DNA of 64,000 nt, taken from assembly GCA_002811645.1 (NCBI GenBank), contig PDIP01000017.1:1-64000 (forward strand). The letters run 5' to 3'. Shown piece by piece: positions 1 through 14,653 of this stretch. This DNA is from Corallochytrium limacisporum Hawaii. Its lineage: Eukaryota > Protista > Pluriformea. Position numbers and translations under genes: made by a program. The notes under the pieces are model-generated. The model was not told the origin of the DNA. It ran no database searches and worked only from the letters and a program-made list of their open reading frames with translations. Numbering within the stretch: the stretch's first letter is position 1; every line of letters begins with the position of its first letter.

Positions 1-630
1 CCCCCCCTTTCTCCCCAATGAAACAAACAGGCCTCCAACCCAAGGCCCCCGCCCGTATTGGAGCAATGAAATTAACCCGTTTAGGGCTCTCGACCTTTCG
101 GCGATGCTGTCCACAGGGATAGGATCGGCAAGAGCTTTCCTCATATTCTATAGTGAATGTACGCAAAAAAAACTGTTTAATCAATGCCTCCCTGTAGAGG
201 TGCCTAGCTGTGAGTGGAACGACCCTTGAATGCAAACGAGGGCTTCAGTTATCAAACCAGTGCCGCGCTTTCGAGCACGCCAGCAAGGCTCCATACTGTG
301 GAGCATCGTGGACATGATAATTTTGCGGCAAACGATAGGGCATAATCCATTTTGTACGGTTGACTCCATGCTCCACTGTTCTATTGGTATTGTTTTACAA
401 TGTTCAAGTGGACGGGATCAGATCTGTGATGGCACTTTCAGTTTAATTTAGCGATAAAGACAATAAGACATTTTTTGGTGTCGCTCAATTACAAATGTAT
501 AATACAAATATATTGAGGCTTATCGTGGATAACCGAACCTGCAGTTACCGCCTATGTCCGATACCTTTTATGATGTGCAGTTCCTGAACATATGGATGAG
601 AACAAAACCGTATTGAAAGCAGCAACAAGT

Positions 631-951
631 TTAGGCCTGCATGTCAGAGGGGGTGGCATCAGCAGCGTCGGCGGCGGCCGAACGGCGCTTGTACACGTAG
701 CCAGCAGCAACACCAGCAACGGCGACAGCGGCAACAGCAGCAACGACAATACCGCCGATAGCACCAGCGGAAAGACCGGAGGCGGTGGCTCCGGTACCGG
801 CTTGGGGACTGACGGTGCCGGTGCTAGTCTCGGTGCTGCTCTCAGACTCCATGCCGCCGGACTCCATAAGACCGACGTCCATGCTGATGTCCATGATGTG
901 ACCGTGGGCAACAGTGGCAAGGCCAGCGAGAGTAGACAGGAAAACCTTCAT
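631..951 (-). CDS. Small type-I membrane / cell-surface protein (signal peptide, Ser/Thr/Gly-rich stalk, single TM helix, short cytoplasmic tail), 106 aa
   Basis: N-terminal MKVFLSTLAGLATVAHG is signal-peptide-like. ESSTETSTGTVSP stalk, then hydrophobic LSAGAIGGIVVAAVAAVAVAGVAAGYVY followed by basic KRR stop-transfer. A-rich leader before the ATG and AT-rich 3' region. Confidence 0.75.
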   Translation of the reverse strand: MKVFLSTLAGLATVAHGHIMDISMDVGLMESGGMESESSTETSTGTVSPQAGTGATASGLSAGAIGGIVVAAVAAVAVAGVAAGYVYKRRSAAADAADATPSDMQA

Positions 952-3900
952 GTTGAATCAGTTTTTTTGTTACTTGATACTGTGATACCTAGTTTGATGA
1001 TCGGTGATCAACACCTCCAAGGTTCGCCTCAATTCCCTTCCTTAAATACCCCTGGGAGATGTTTATCGACGTATGCTCGACACCAGCCTAAAAACTCCCC
1101 GAACCCTTCAGAACAGCCACCTGAAACTAGAGCCAGGCCATGCTTAATAATCCCAAACCAGCGCCCAAGCTAATACTCTCAGACAACCGTTTGCCTTTCC
1201 CCCTTTTCTCACCTTTCCCCTTTCCCCCTTTCCCCGTCGTCTGCTCCCCCGGCTCCCCCCCCCCCAACCGGTCCCCTTTAGTCGTCCGGTACCGTACTAG
1301 TGTCGCGCGGCCCTCACTCTTCCTGCGTCTTTCTTTTGGGCCCTTCGCTGAGACCGTGGTGTTCGTATTTATTAACCGCTCCTCCCAAGGCTTTTTCTGT
1401 TCCCAGCCCGCGATCTCTAGGTCCTTGCAATTGCCTCTTGTGTCCTCCGCACTCCCTTCGTTTCCATTTCACCCATATCCATTCTACCTCTACTTAAATC
1501 TTAAATGGTTTGCGCCTGGTACACGCCAAGGGGAAAAGAAGGGGGGTGGAGGGGGGGAAGCGCTTCTCCCCCTGGTCTTCCCACAACGCGGTCGGCGTTG
1601 TCGACAACAAAAAATGGGGAGTGCGGGAGGGGGGCAAAAAAAAAAAAAAGAAAAAGGGGGAGCCAGGCAGAAAAGGAAAGTGGGGAGGGGAGGGAGGAAA
1701 AAAAAACTTTCTCAACCAAAGAAGTGAAAGGGCCCGAAAAATGACACTGCACGGAGTGCGAGGGTCAAATGAGCGGTTGTACAAAAATAGACACGCGGCT
1801 CTAGGACAACAAAAAGGCCGTGTGTTGTTGCGCCCAATCACGCCCCGGATGGGAAAGGCAAGTAGGGGCATACCCCTCCCTCCTGCGGGACCTATTCATC
1901 ACATTGACTCTGTCCATACTCCACAACTTGCAGAATTCGGTTTTCTCGGTAACTTCTGAGCAAGCGTAGGATGATGTGAGCAGTGAGCCTCCCCCTTTTC
2001 GGGTCCCCGTTTGGACTATTTGGGATGAATGCGGGGGGACACAATACCCGACCGCGCACGCCCTTGCATTCCGCTCTCCAAGTCTCTCATCGTTACCCCC
2101 TTTCCCCCACCACCCCCTCTCCCCCCCCCTTTTCCTTGCGTTTCGCCGTGCGCGGTCCAACGCGCCAAGCACACTGAACGAAAGAACGGGCCCCACTCGG
2201 ATGGTGGGATGTGAGAACGCCGATCAACTGGTAAGACGGTTGGGCATGCTAAGGAGAATGGGAATGTGTGACGATATCATCCGTTTAGAAAACGATCCCA
2301 CCGCTGATCCATTCGCATTCACTGGATATACCATATCCCTCCCTATTATTGTCGTCTCTGCAGTGGTTGACGAGATGATGACGAGTGATCGCTGCCGTTC
2401 TTCTGGATTCTTTGCTTGTCAGAGAGAAACTGATCAAACACCTCTAAAATCGAACAATAACATATCATCATCAGCAGAGGTCGTTTCTTCACAGTGAGCG
2501 TTTGTCTCCATCTCTGTTCAGCTGTGTATGTGCATGATGTATCGATTGGTCTCTCTCTCTCTCTCTTCTCCTTTACGATCGGTCATCAACGATCACAGAG
2601 AACCATTTAGGCCTTTGTGATGGCTGTGGGTATGCCACATGGTGAAGCTGGACACAGAGCGATGCCGATATTCCAGACTGTGTGCCGTAGAAGAAAGACG
2701 CAAAGGTACGATAGGATGTGACAGTGTTGACTTCATTTTCCATGGTAGAGGAAAGGAGAGCAAGCATGGAACGGTTGAAACAAATTGACTGATTAGGTTA
2801 CGGAACTGACGAGACGCAAACAAGAGACATCGACTTAGGGCAAAGAAACGAAACAGGGACAAGAGGCCACTGCATATCCAGAAGAACAAGTGCCCGGACA
2901 AGGGGGGCCCAAGCGCGTCAGAGATGTCGTTTGGGGGGGGGGGAGGTCGGGGGTTTCGCGGGGATCGCACAGCAAAGGAAAAGACAAGGAAACCTATGTA
3001 ATAAGCCTAGGACACAGTTGAGCTATGGCATACATGGTACAATGCCTCAGCATGAGCTCCGATCGAATTACCAAAGAGGGCAAAGCTACTGGATCAGCAT
3101 ATGCGTCCACAAGACAGGATCAAATTGCCATCTGCTAGCAGTAGTATTATGTCCAGTAGATTATGTACCGGAAATTTCTGGGGCCCATAGCCAGCAACGG
3201 AATCTACCACAGAGAATATTGGGAGTACTTCAAGCCATAGTCTATCGAAACACTAAGGCAATCGACAGCGGACGTAAATAGAAAGCGCGAAAAGATATTA
3301 AGGGAAAATTTGCACTTGTGTCATTTAATATTCCTTAATGCCCGGGCCAAGAGAGCCCCCCTCCCCCCGGGGTGCAGATGAATAGGGGAAGGAGGGGGGG
3401 GGGGTGTTACTGATCGAGCTTTTCCATATTAAAATGCCGTGGTCTGGTTTTGGTATGCTCAGTGTCAGTGTGCGCGTGTGTGTGTGTGTGTGTTGGAGCC
3501 ATCAGCTGAGGCTCCCAGTGCACGGGTTCCATCCCCACGCCTCCACGCATCGGGCGACATGCTCGGGCACACAGAAGCCGCCAACAAAAGAAGAAAAAAA
3601 ATATCATTGTTCCGTGGTATACGCTGTGCTTCATTCATCGTTGTGGTGTATTTGTTGAAGACTTATTTGTGAGGTGCGAAACCCACAAGTATTTTCGGTT
3701 AGTGTAGTTGTGACCTTCTTGTGATGTACAGTCTATGCCTCTGGTCTTTCCAGAGCCGGTGCAAATGGGAAAGTACATAACCTTTTTGAGTATACATGTG
3801 CATTTCCGCTCCGGGTAGGACCTACCACGCCAGTGTCAGAGCTCAGTTCTATAATAAATGGCCCATTGAAATTGAACAACAGTCATATCAACCTGTGAAA

Positions 3901-6898
3901 AAAGGGATAACGAAATCAGAGGCCATTAACATCCTCACCTACTTCGTGCCAAAAAGAGAGAAAGTTTAATCTGCCAGGGTTCTCCTTGAAGCTGAGTTGC
4001 AGGAGGATATATCGACCAAGCAAAGGAAATTCTTGTCTACAGGTTACGTAGTCCCAATTCACGAAGGAATAATTAACATGCCACATGCAAGAGAGCAACA
4101 GAAACGCTCTTTCAGCTGCAACGGGGCACTCTTCACAGTCGAGTTCCCCTTGTTGTACGCTGCCGCAGAGCAGCATCTTGATTGTCATCCAACAAGAAAA
4201 ACAGTTCTTTCGAGCAAACACTACGCGTACTTGCTATCGGCATCCTCCAAGGAGATATGTATCGCCTATGGGAGGCATGAAGTTTCTTGAGGTCCGCATT
4301 GCTGTGTGTAACGGAGAGGTGCGCAAGTTTGCTTTACAGTTAATTTACGATGCAATGACTTAGAGCGATCATTTGTATCTCACAAACGAAACCGGTGTAT
4401 TCATTATTAACCGATTAACGAACGGGACGCAGCGGCATCATCCCCCATCCGCATATAGGCACTTTCTGGTGCCCGACCGAACGCTCTGCCCACAATTGAC
4501 CATGAAGAAGGTCATAGAATGAACTGGTGAAAATACCGCGAGAGTAATACTGCAGCAGAAACCTGTGAGAATGGGAAAGCTGGAGACCGAAACGGTGCCC
4601 CAAAAAGACTTTTGTGAAGTCCATTCATAAGCTTCACTCCGCCCAACCTCATACCTCTCCCCAAAGGCCGAGAAAACCGTTCGGGAAGCCTGCCCGCCGT
4701 TTGGGAATGAGAGGAAGTGACAAAATACTTAAATCACGGGTTACTGTGCCTACTTGACCGGCGAGATCGGTCCACTCCCTCCTTCTCTGGGCATAGGGAA
4801 GGGGCTCTACTGTCTCGTGCGGATGTGTACGTACCACCATCGCTCGTGTGTCTCGTCCGCTGGGTCGTTGTCCTGCGGAAAAGAAGACAGAGAACATGCT
4901 CCCCGTTTCCATTTTCGTTTGTGGAGATTTTTTTCTTGAAACCCAGTGCGATACGACCAAGCCTGCACTATGAGGTCAAAAACTGTAAAAGTTTCAGACG
5001 ACCACGAGGGGACGCACTGAGCGGCTTCCCCTTGGGCTACCGCAATTAACGAATTGCTAGAACCAAGGAACCCAAGCAAAATCGAAAGGAAATGGAGGAG
5101 GGGGTTGGGGGGTTTGGTTCACGATTATTGCGAATAACTCAGAAGATGATATTGACTTCCCTGCTACCCCTAACCTTTTTGACTCTACCAGCATCCTTTT
5201 TTGGTCAATGTATCAAGCGAAATCGATTTCCGAGTTTCATAACCACCACTGGCAACCCAACCAAAAGGACCAAGGGGCCAGAGGGGAGACGTTGAAAAAA
5301 AATCCTTCGCGCCAGTATACGGTGGTTCAAAAGTATAGAGTGCGGCACATCAGACTGAGGGCCCAAGGAAGGGAGGGAGGGGACGGCAGGGGCCCCTGGG
5401 ACAGAGAGAAGTCGCCCCCAGTGCGCCAGGGCAGGACCAGGGACAGGACCTTCGCCGCACATACCATCTAGTACCTGGCACAGGTGTTCGTCACACGGGC
5501 CGAGCATCTAACATTAGCATCAACTGTGGCCCTCGCGCCTAGATCGAGGCAGCATAGGCCTTCACCTGCCTGCGCCGGGTACACCGACGCGGCAGTAAAG
5601 CCATGCCAAAGACCGGTGTGCGGACAAAAAAGTTGGCAGCTAATTGTGCATCTCATTAGGAGGTTCCGATTCTATTGCGTTCGAAAGCGAAGATGACGGA
5701 GTACCATATACATTCATTACATATATACAGTGGATGGTGCCCGAAAGTCTCAGCTGAGCAAAATTTCAAGAAAAATTTTCCCTGGCATGTGTCGATCTTT
5801 CACAACGTGAGCACTCCTGTATGGATGGCCCGTGTACGGGTATAGTGTTCAAACGAAGCAGGAGTACCGCAATATATGGAATGAGAAAGTGTTGGTGGTG
5901 GAGATGACCCGCAGAAACCGGTTGGCCGGCTAGTCCAAATCAGCAATTGCAGTTAATAGCAGAATAACAGGCATAGTACCAATACCGATGTTGGCTCCTG
6001 GATTCATAGGTTGTTCCTATTAACCACCCACCTGATCGAACAATGTTGAAATGTAGCTGATCCAGCTGCCCTTGTGAAGAATGGTCCCTCAGTGGTGTCT
6101 AGCATCATGATGGCCAAACTGACATGCGTCGACTGGCCTCCTGTACGGTATTTTTTACCATGACCTGTGGCCTCTACGCTGAGCCAAAAAAGCCACAGCG
6201 GCGATCTCCAGAGAACTGTAGATGCTGTTCACTGCCCCGAGTGAGTCTAAATATCAACAATACTGGTGAGGATCTTATCGTGGGGCCTCCAGTTACTATC
6301 AAATACGCATGACGCCGCGAAAACTTTTTCTTTCAGTCCGGGGCCGATACGAGTGTATACCAGCTTCAATTTTTTGGGAGGACGCACATTGAAATTTGAA
6401 ATTCAACCTAAACCACCGAATTCTTGCGATGGGCCACATCCACCGGGTCAGTATGCGAAACAGTCGTTTCTCTATGAGATTCTAGAGCAGGGGAAGGGGC
6501 AGTTTATCCCTCAGCTGATCATGATGCCGGGCCGGCATTTCACACCTAACCATTCTGGGTTCCTATTATGTTGATACATACTCCCCGAATGTATTCGCAG
6601 GCGGACGTGGTACAACAACGCACATCCACCCATTCAAACAAATTCACGCTTACGAACCCGTAGTTCTTGGCAAGCGACCGGTTTTGTGATGACCAGCCAA
6701 ATACACCCCTTTTGGGTCAGGAAGCTTGCAATTGCAACATTTCTGCTGGGCACGTATTGTAACCGTGGCGTTCCGTGTCGACCGACAGTGCACGTCTTAG
6801 GGTTCGGTGCCATGGCATGCACCTATACCCAATTTGTTACTAGACAGGCATTCCTTTGGTATGCGCTGCTGTCAAAATTGCACGGCCTTCTCTTGCAG

Positions 6899-8010
<1,112 letters not shown>

Positions 8011-11000
8011 TGTGTTTGTTCAAGGCACACTTTTGACATACGAACCCCAGTCCCGCTCAAATCACAGACGCGCGAGCCAACCTACGCGGAACACCACACG
8101 CACACACAAGTCATACGAATGGTCCACTCGGAACAAAACGCGGGCATGCAAAACAGCACTACCAGTTCGCCGGCATCTGAAGAACCCGAGATTTCCGGCT
8201 CACTAGATCATACGCACAGAACGTCAATAGAAATGTGCGCTGCCAATGATTACATTGTGTCCGGGGCTGTTCCAAACAGAGGCAATAACCAAACCAGACA
8301 GGTAAGCGCTTCCAGACTGTGGGAGAGAGAAACTTTGGAAGGTGGTGCGGGGACTTGGATAAGGCTACCATTAACCTAGCGCACACTCTCCCATTGTTTT
8401 TACTCGGAAGCACTTCCATTGTGTTGCGATTTAGTGCTGAACTGAACGTTCGTGGACAACAGTACGTAGTCAGTATCCACACACTTGCGGTAAGCTACTT
8501 CTTTCGAGCGCTTGGTTTCGGCCGTTCCCGTGCTCAGTTTGACAATGTTTCTGACTCTTGCTCAAACAATAGACATGAATATTTCTTCTTGTTTGTGTGG
8601 GTGGGGTGGGGGTGTGCATGTGAATCACATAACACCAGAGAATACAAAAGGAGTAAATTTTTGCTAATTTCCATACTAAGCGTGTCCGTCGGATGGGTGG
8701 ATCATTGAGGTGAAGTGTATATACCGAATACCCTGAACCATCCCTAAGTTCACAATGGGCCAAACCATCGGGACACATGCGCGCGTGGTCCGCAGGCGAA
8801 CCTCATAGGCAATATGCTACACGCATTCCCATTGTGGTCTCCCGCCTGAATTGCTGGCGGACGGGCTCAGCGCCAGGACGATGAGGTCCTCATTTTAGAA
8901 AAGCGGCGTCCACCTAAAATGGAGAGGGAGGAGGGGGTGGTGCAGAGGGCGTAGCAGAATCGGTATCAAACGAATGGGACCTTGTGATAGTGAATAGGGT
9001 GCGTGCAACGATGACTCTGTAGTGCTGCGTTCTCTATGTGTTTGATCTGGGGGCTCCCATTTGATGATCACAATAGTCCCACACGATCGAGGATGACCAT
9101 GCCTCCAATCGCGCTCCATTTGCCGGAAGTTCATGAGAAGAAGCAGTTGCTTATATCGCCATTTTCTGCGATGCTCGCGAAGGATGTCGAACGGGTCTTT
9201 ACAAAGGAAGAGCGATGTACTGCCGCCCCGTGGCAAAGCCATTCGCGTTTTTGGCCATGAGAAGGTAAAGAAACCTGTTCTCGTGTAACAAAAGCAGGTC
9301 AGTACATGCTATAGCTGGTATGCTTTGTCTCCGCTGACACTGCAGCAACACCACACCAACACCAACGCCGGATCGGAAGGAACATAGACACCCAAGACCT
9401 GCATAGCCCATACCATCGTTTACCAGGATAGGCTGGGAGAACTGTACAGCGGTCCTCAGAAATTAGGTCAACTTATGTAATTGTCATGGAACGGCGATTG
9501 ATGGCAACATATTGCTCCTGGTGGCTATTGCAAGTGGGGTTGTTCGATCGCAAGATGGCTATTACATCACTGACCCCGGAAACGGTCTCCGAACCGGTAC
9601 TTTCAAAAAAATTTCCCATCCCTCAGCATGATAGCTATCTACAGGTTTGGATGGTGGGAGAGTCAATGGAAGCTTTCTTTAGACTTCTTCGTGGGAGGTG
9701 CCACCAACGCATCGTGTCCTTTGCCCCAGCTAATGTGCTCGTTGCTCAAATCATTGGTGTCTGCCCACAGCGCGCTCTTAATATACCTTGACATGGGAGC
9801 CGTTCTAATCGGTTTCCTCTGAGAGTATTCATCATCCTCCGTCGTAGACGTCGATATCCAGAATGCATGGATAGAGAGCATCTATGGAGAAATTTGCTCA
9901 CCATACTCGTTGATATCCACCTGCCCATTCGTCTCTTCCCCGAATTGGACCGCACTGATGGGCATGGCCGTTATACCATGTTACGTTTCCAACGGACCCA
10001 CGAACAGCAGCGGCAGTAGCGCTTCAGGAGCGGTAAACCATGCGCTCGACCCAGTTTGGAAGGTGACGCTAAAAGTGTACACGGCACTACTGGCGTCGTT
10101 ACGCGTTTGAATCTTCCGGCGGGTCTTGTGTTTGTTTTTCCATGCCCCGCACTGTTTTGTTTGCGTAAGCGCGAAATGGCGAGTCCGGATCTCGTTGGGT
10201 TTGCGCTCAAAATGGCAGATTAAATAGAAGCATTTGATGTTGTCGAGTGGTGTCGGGCGATCAGAATGCCCTGTTTGCATAAGCACGGACAAGAGTGACA
10301 CCCCACGAACGCGATAACATCGGCATGAGAGGAAATTAGAAACCCAAGGGAGAAACGATTGAGATAATGCAACACACCCTGTTCACCCCATTCCCTTCAC
10401 AAGGGGAGGACGGTGCGGTAGCTTTGGATAAGAGAGAGATTGTGCGATTTCCTGTGGTCCTCGTTCTCCCCCGGAAACCACCCCCCCCCCGGGGGGAGAT
10501 CGGTAACTTTTTACTCCTCGTTTTCTTCTATATCTCTGGCTCATTCCTTGATTGCGAGAGGATCTTGGTGCGGTGGTGTGAAAAAAAAAAATAGTGCGTT
10601 CCAATATGTTCCTCTCCAAAACCCGAATCACAAGAGAAGGGCCAAAAAAAAACTCTCCGATGGGTTTCGTGGTCAATTCCCGCGCGCCCAGTGGAGAAAA
10701 ATGGTGTTTGCCGACCAGACCACCCGTCGGCAGTGCCAAGGTGGCACTGTCAGTGAATTTCGCCGGAACGAATCCCGAAAAAAAAAAGGGGGGAAAGTGA
10801 AATCCCCAAGAGAAGAGGAGAAAAGGGTAAAAAAATCAAATGAGGAATTGGAGTTGGCTCGGCGGGAAATGAAGGGTAAAAAAAAAAAAGGGGGATGAAA
10901 TCCCGCCACACCAATGTGATGTAATACCATCAGGCGAAACAGACAACGAAACACTTCCCGAAACGAGATCGAACTACGTATCAAACGGAAGACACAGTGG

Positions 11001-12587
11001 GGGCCCAAGAAGGAAAATCAAAACAAAAAACAAAAAACAAAAAAAGGAACACAAGAGGGGAAGGGGCCGCGTATCGTCCACCGAGGGGGGATATTTTCTA
11101 TTCTAATTCCTCCGGGTTTTTTCTCATTGTCGATGTCTCCAAGGTCGGGGTGGTGAAACTCCCCCACCCCAATGACTTATTTATTTATTTATTTTCGGAC
11201 TTTTTTGTTTTTTTAAAACTCTCCTCTCCCTCCCCTCCCCTTTGATTCAGCCAGTCTCCGCTAACCCCCCCCCCCCTTGTTTTTCAACTTTGCTAGTAGT
11301 AAACGTAACTCCCGGGCCCATGTTCAATCTTTTCTCCTTGGCTGGCTATTTTTCTACTTTCCGGTCGGCCAGCTGCCTAAGCACGGAACAATTTGAATCA
11401 CGCAAGATCGAAGGTAAACCGCCTGTGCCCCTTCGACCCAGACCGGTTTCAACCTCTAAAGCCCACTCACCCTGAACCCCTAACTAGTGAAGCATCCAAT
11501 CATATCAGGTACAGCGCGTAAATTGGCCAGTGAAATCAATGGCAATGCATGGCGGAGCAGGCAATAGCGAATGAATGGACAGTGGACAGTAGTGGTTCCA
11601 CGGCAATATTGCGCCTATCGGCGGTGGCCCAGGGTTCCGTGAAGCCAATGGTGGGACCCTGCTGACACGCCTAAATCGAGGGAAAGTGCATGATTCCGGC
11701 CTCCTGTACTTAATGAACCGAAGTCCGGGGGGATTTGCCAATCATTGATTCACTCCTCATTAGTCGTCGGCTGGTAGTAAATGTACCAGGCCTGTGCTAC
11801 AGGGGGATTGATTCCACAGCTCGTACTGAAAGTATGGGCAGTGTCCGAAGGAAATTTTGAACGCCTCTGCACTTTTCGATGTTGATTGACTTACACTCAC
11901 GAAAGTTTGGATTTCCCTAGATTTCTGGGACAAAGATAAAATCCGGGGGCTTGCGCCACATGGACGGCAATGAGGATCATGGTGAGAATGATGGACGGTG
12001 GTGATCTGTGAGCTTGGCTGACACCATCTGTCCTTTGGCTGTCCCGAATGTCCCCATCAAGTCTAAGAGTAAGAAATCTTTCAACCTGAGAATAACAGGC
12101 TCATGGGTGGGGGTAGGGTGAGGACAAGACATTCTAGCGAAATGGGGCTGAGCTGTTCATGTTCGGGGAGTTGAGCGCCAGCCAAGTTTCTCTCCGGTTA
12201 GAACCGTTGCGCTACCGTCACATTCTCCTTGCAGTCCACTTGGGTATTGATTGTTGGAAGGCCCCCCCCCCTCCCCTCTTTGCTCACCTTTCCAATGGTT
12301 GGGCGCGAAAGATTTGGTGAACCCGCCGTCGCCCCCGGTGCGCTCTGGTGTGAAACCCGCACCGGTATGAGGCAAAGATTGGACTGCTCCGCGTGTGGAA
12401 GAGCGCCGTCAGTGACCTTATGGAGGACTGCGTGTATGGGATGGAGGTAATGACTGAGCTATCTGAACACACAGAGTCGCCCGTTGTCCCCTAGTCAAGG
12501 CATTGTCACGAATGATCAAAGTTACTTTGTGCACGGTGAAATTGTATTGGAATTCACAGCATAGTTGAGCACACGAACGATGGGGTC

Positions 12588-14039
12588 ATGTCAGGAAAGC
12601 TGGAACTTAGAAACTTAAGTAGACGGTTGGAAGCTGGACTTCCTGTTGACAGCCAGACGTATGCGCAATCCAAAGATGTGCCAAAAATTTATAAGCGGGA
12701 CCTGGGTATCTATCAGAAGTTCCCCACACAACGGGAAGCTGTCGAGGCACAGCAGAAGGACCTGAACCAACTCAAGATCTTCTCGGAGGAGTCTAGTAAA
12801 GGCGAGGGTAAGCGATGTTTCATTGTGACCTCTTACGACAAATTTTGGGAAGTTTACAGCGGGTTAAGCCCAGACCGAAGATGTCACTATGAGTTAATAC
12901 AGGAGGGACAGCCATGTAAGTTGTACCTGGATCTCGAATACAGTTTGGAACTGAATCCGGCTTTGCAAAATGGCATGTCAATTGCATTGGATCTCTGCAA
13001 ATTCATTCTCGATGAGCTCCAGACGCTCTATGAGATTGAGGACACCCTGGAGGACTGCTTGATCCTGCTTGACTCCTCATCTGCGACCAAGTTCAGCGCC
13101 CATGCAGTCTTCAATCTTCGGAACCACTGTTTCGCTGACAATGCTCAAGTGGGTGCATTCATGCAGTACATAGGCTACCAAGTATCCAAAGCAACAGAAA
13201 GCAAGCCGAGTCATCCCTTTCGCCGATTCATTGTGAGAGCGCCCGGTCACTCTGATGAGCTACAAGCCACACAATTCAGCGACGTCGACGTTGTTACTCC
13301 AGGCTTACAAGATGTTCCGATCTTTGATCCTAGTGTATATTCTCGGAACCGCAACTTTCGTTTGTATCTCAGCACGAAGCGGAACAAGGAGCGCTGGCTC
13401 AAACTGGCACCTGAGTGCTCGTACCAGAGACTCCCCGATGCCAAAGACAGATCCCTGAGGGAACCACGGGAGCGCCTCTTGTTCCTCCATAGCCTCGTGT
13501 GCAAATTGGACCCATCACAAGAAAAAAACGTCATCAAGTGTGGCGCCCTATTAGCATCAGGTGCGTCCTTTCATCGATGGGGCAATGCTTCCACATGGTA
13601 TGACACTGTGCGGACTGAGGGATACAACACGTCTTGCGTGCCCTATCCGTCGTTGCATGCCTTCATACAGAATCTGATCACACACGATACCAACAGTCCT
13701 GGAAAAGTGCGCAAATGGAGCTGGCTCCAACGAGAGTTGCCTGGAGCAACCTCATCTGAAGGGAGACCCTGGGAGAGGATAATCTTCGAAATCGAGGGCT
13801 ACCGGTACTGTTACAACATCAGACGCCATCATCGTTCAAACAATATCTACTATGTGGCAGATCTGCGAAATCGCGTCCTGCTACAGCGCTGCCATGATGC
13901 GGACTGTCGCAATTCCGGATTCATTGGCCATCCCTTAGAGATTCCGACCAAGGTTGTAGAGGAGTGTGCAGCGACATTCACCAACGGCAACAGCCCAGTA
14001 CAGACTGTACCCGTGGCTCACGCTCGTGGACCTATGTAA
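12588..14039 (+). CDS. PRIMPOL: DNA-directed primase/polymerase PrimPol (AEP domain + UL52-type Zn finger), 483 aa
   Basis: AEP motif I (HYELIQEGQPCKLYLDLE, DxE), motif II (KFSAH, SxH), motif III (IFDPSVYSRNRNFRL). C-terminal Zn finger RYCYNIRRHHRSNNIYY...QRCHDADC. Confidence 0.95.
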   Translation: MSGKLELRNLSRRLEAGLPVDSQTYAQSKDVPKIYKRDLGIYQKFPTQREAVEAQQKDLNQLKIFSEESSKGEGKRCFIVTSYDKFWEVYSGLSPDRRCHYELIQEGQPCKLYLDLEYSLELNPALQNGMSIALDLCKFILDELQTLYEIEDTLEDCLILLDSSSATKFSAHAVFNLRNHCFADNAQVGAFMQYIGYQVSKATESKPSHPFRRFIVRAPGHSDELQATQFSDVDVVTPGLQDVPIFDPSVYSRNRNFRLYLSTKRNKERWLKLAPECSYQRLPDAKDRSLREPRERLLFLHSLVCKLDPSQEKNVIKCGALLASGASFHRWGNASTWYDTVRTEGYNTSCVPYPSLHAFIQNLITHDTNSPGKVRKWSWLQRELPGATSSEGRPWERIIFEIEGYRYCYNIRRHHRSNNIYYVADLRNRVLLQRCHDADCRNSGFIGHPLEIPTKVVEECAATFTNGNSPVQTVPVAHARGPM

Positions 14040-14653
14040 GCTCGATCTCATCCATGACCGTCACCCTCCAGCTTTTCGTTCATCATCATCATCCATCCGT
14101 CCATGTGTGCATTCTACTACACAATCACATTACCACACGGAAACGTCGATAGCACCAAAAAGCTCCGGAGATCATCCGGGCGCGCCCCCCCTTGGAGGGG
14201 GGTCCAGGTCTCTTTGTGCTTGGCCCCGGTTTCCAGCTGCGGACCGCGCTTCAGCCCCCCCCCCCGGGGTGGGGGGGGGCCGGGGGCGGTTTCTTCCCCT
14301 TCGTTAGAGCCGGGGAGGCGGGGGAGTTGAGGGTCCTGGTCCTGGCTGTGTGTTTTGGCGCGGGGAGCGACGGCGGAAGGGGAGGAGGGCCGTGTGGCCT
14401 GTCTAAGGGGCACCGTGGCCGTCTCCCCGTTCGGGTGTAGGAATGAGTGCCGTTTGGCTCGGCTGATCCCTTTGTACCGTCGCTGGTCTGTGATTCTTTG
14501 TTTGTGTCTCACTTGCCGTACATTCAACTTTTCCCAATCTGATTTTTTCCGTTCAAATGCACTGGTATTTTTAGACTTTCAGAATAGATCTATTGTTTTT
14601 TGTTGCATTGTTGTGTATCACTTACATTGCGCAAACACTGAAATACAGAAACA

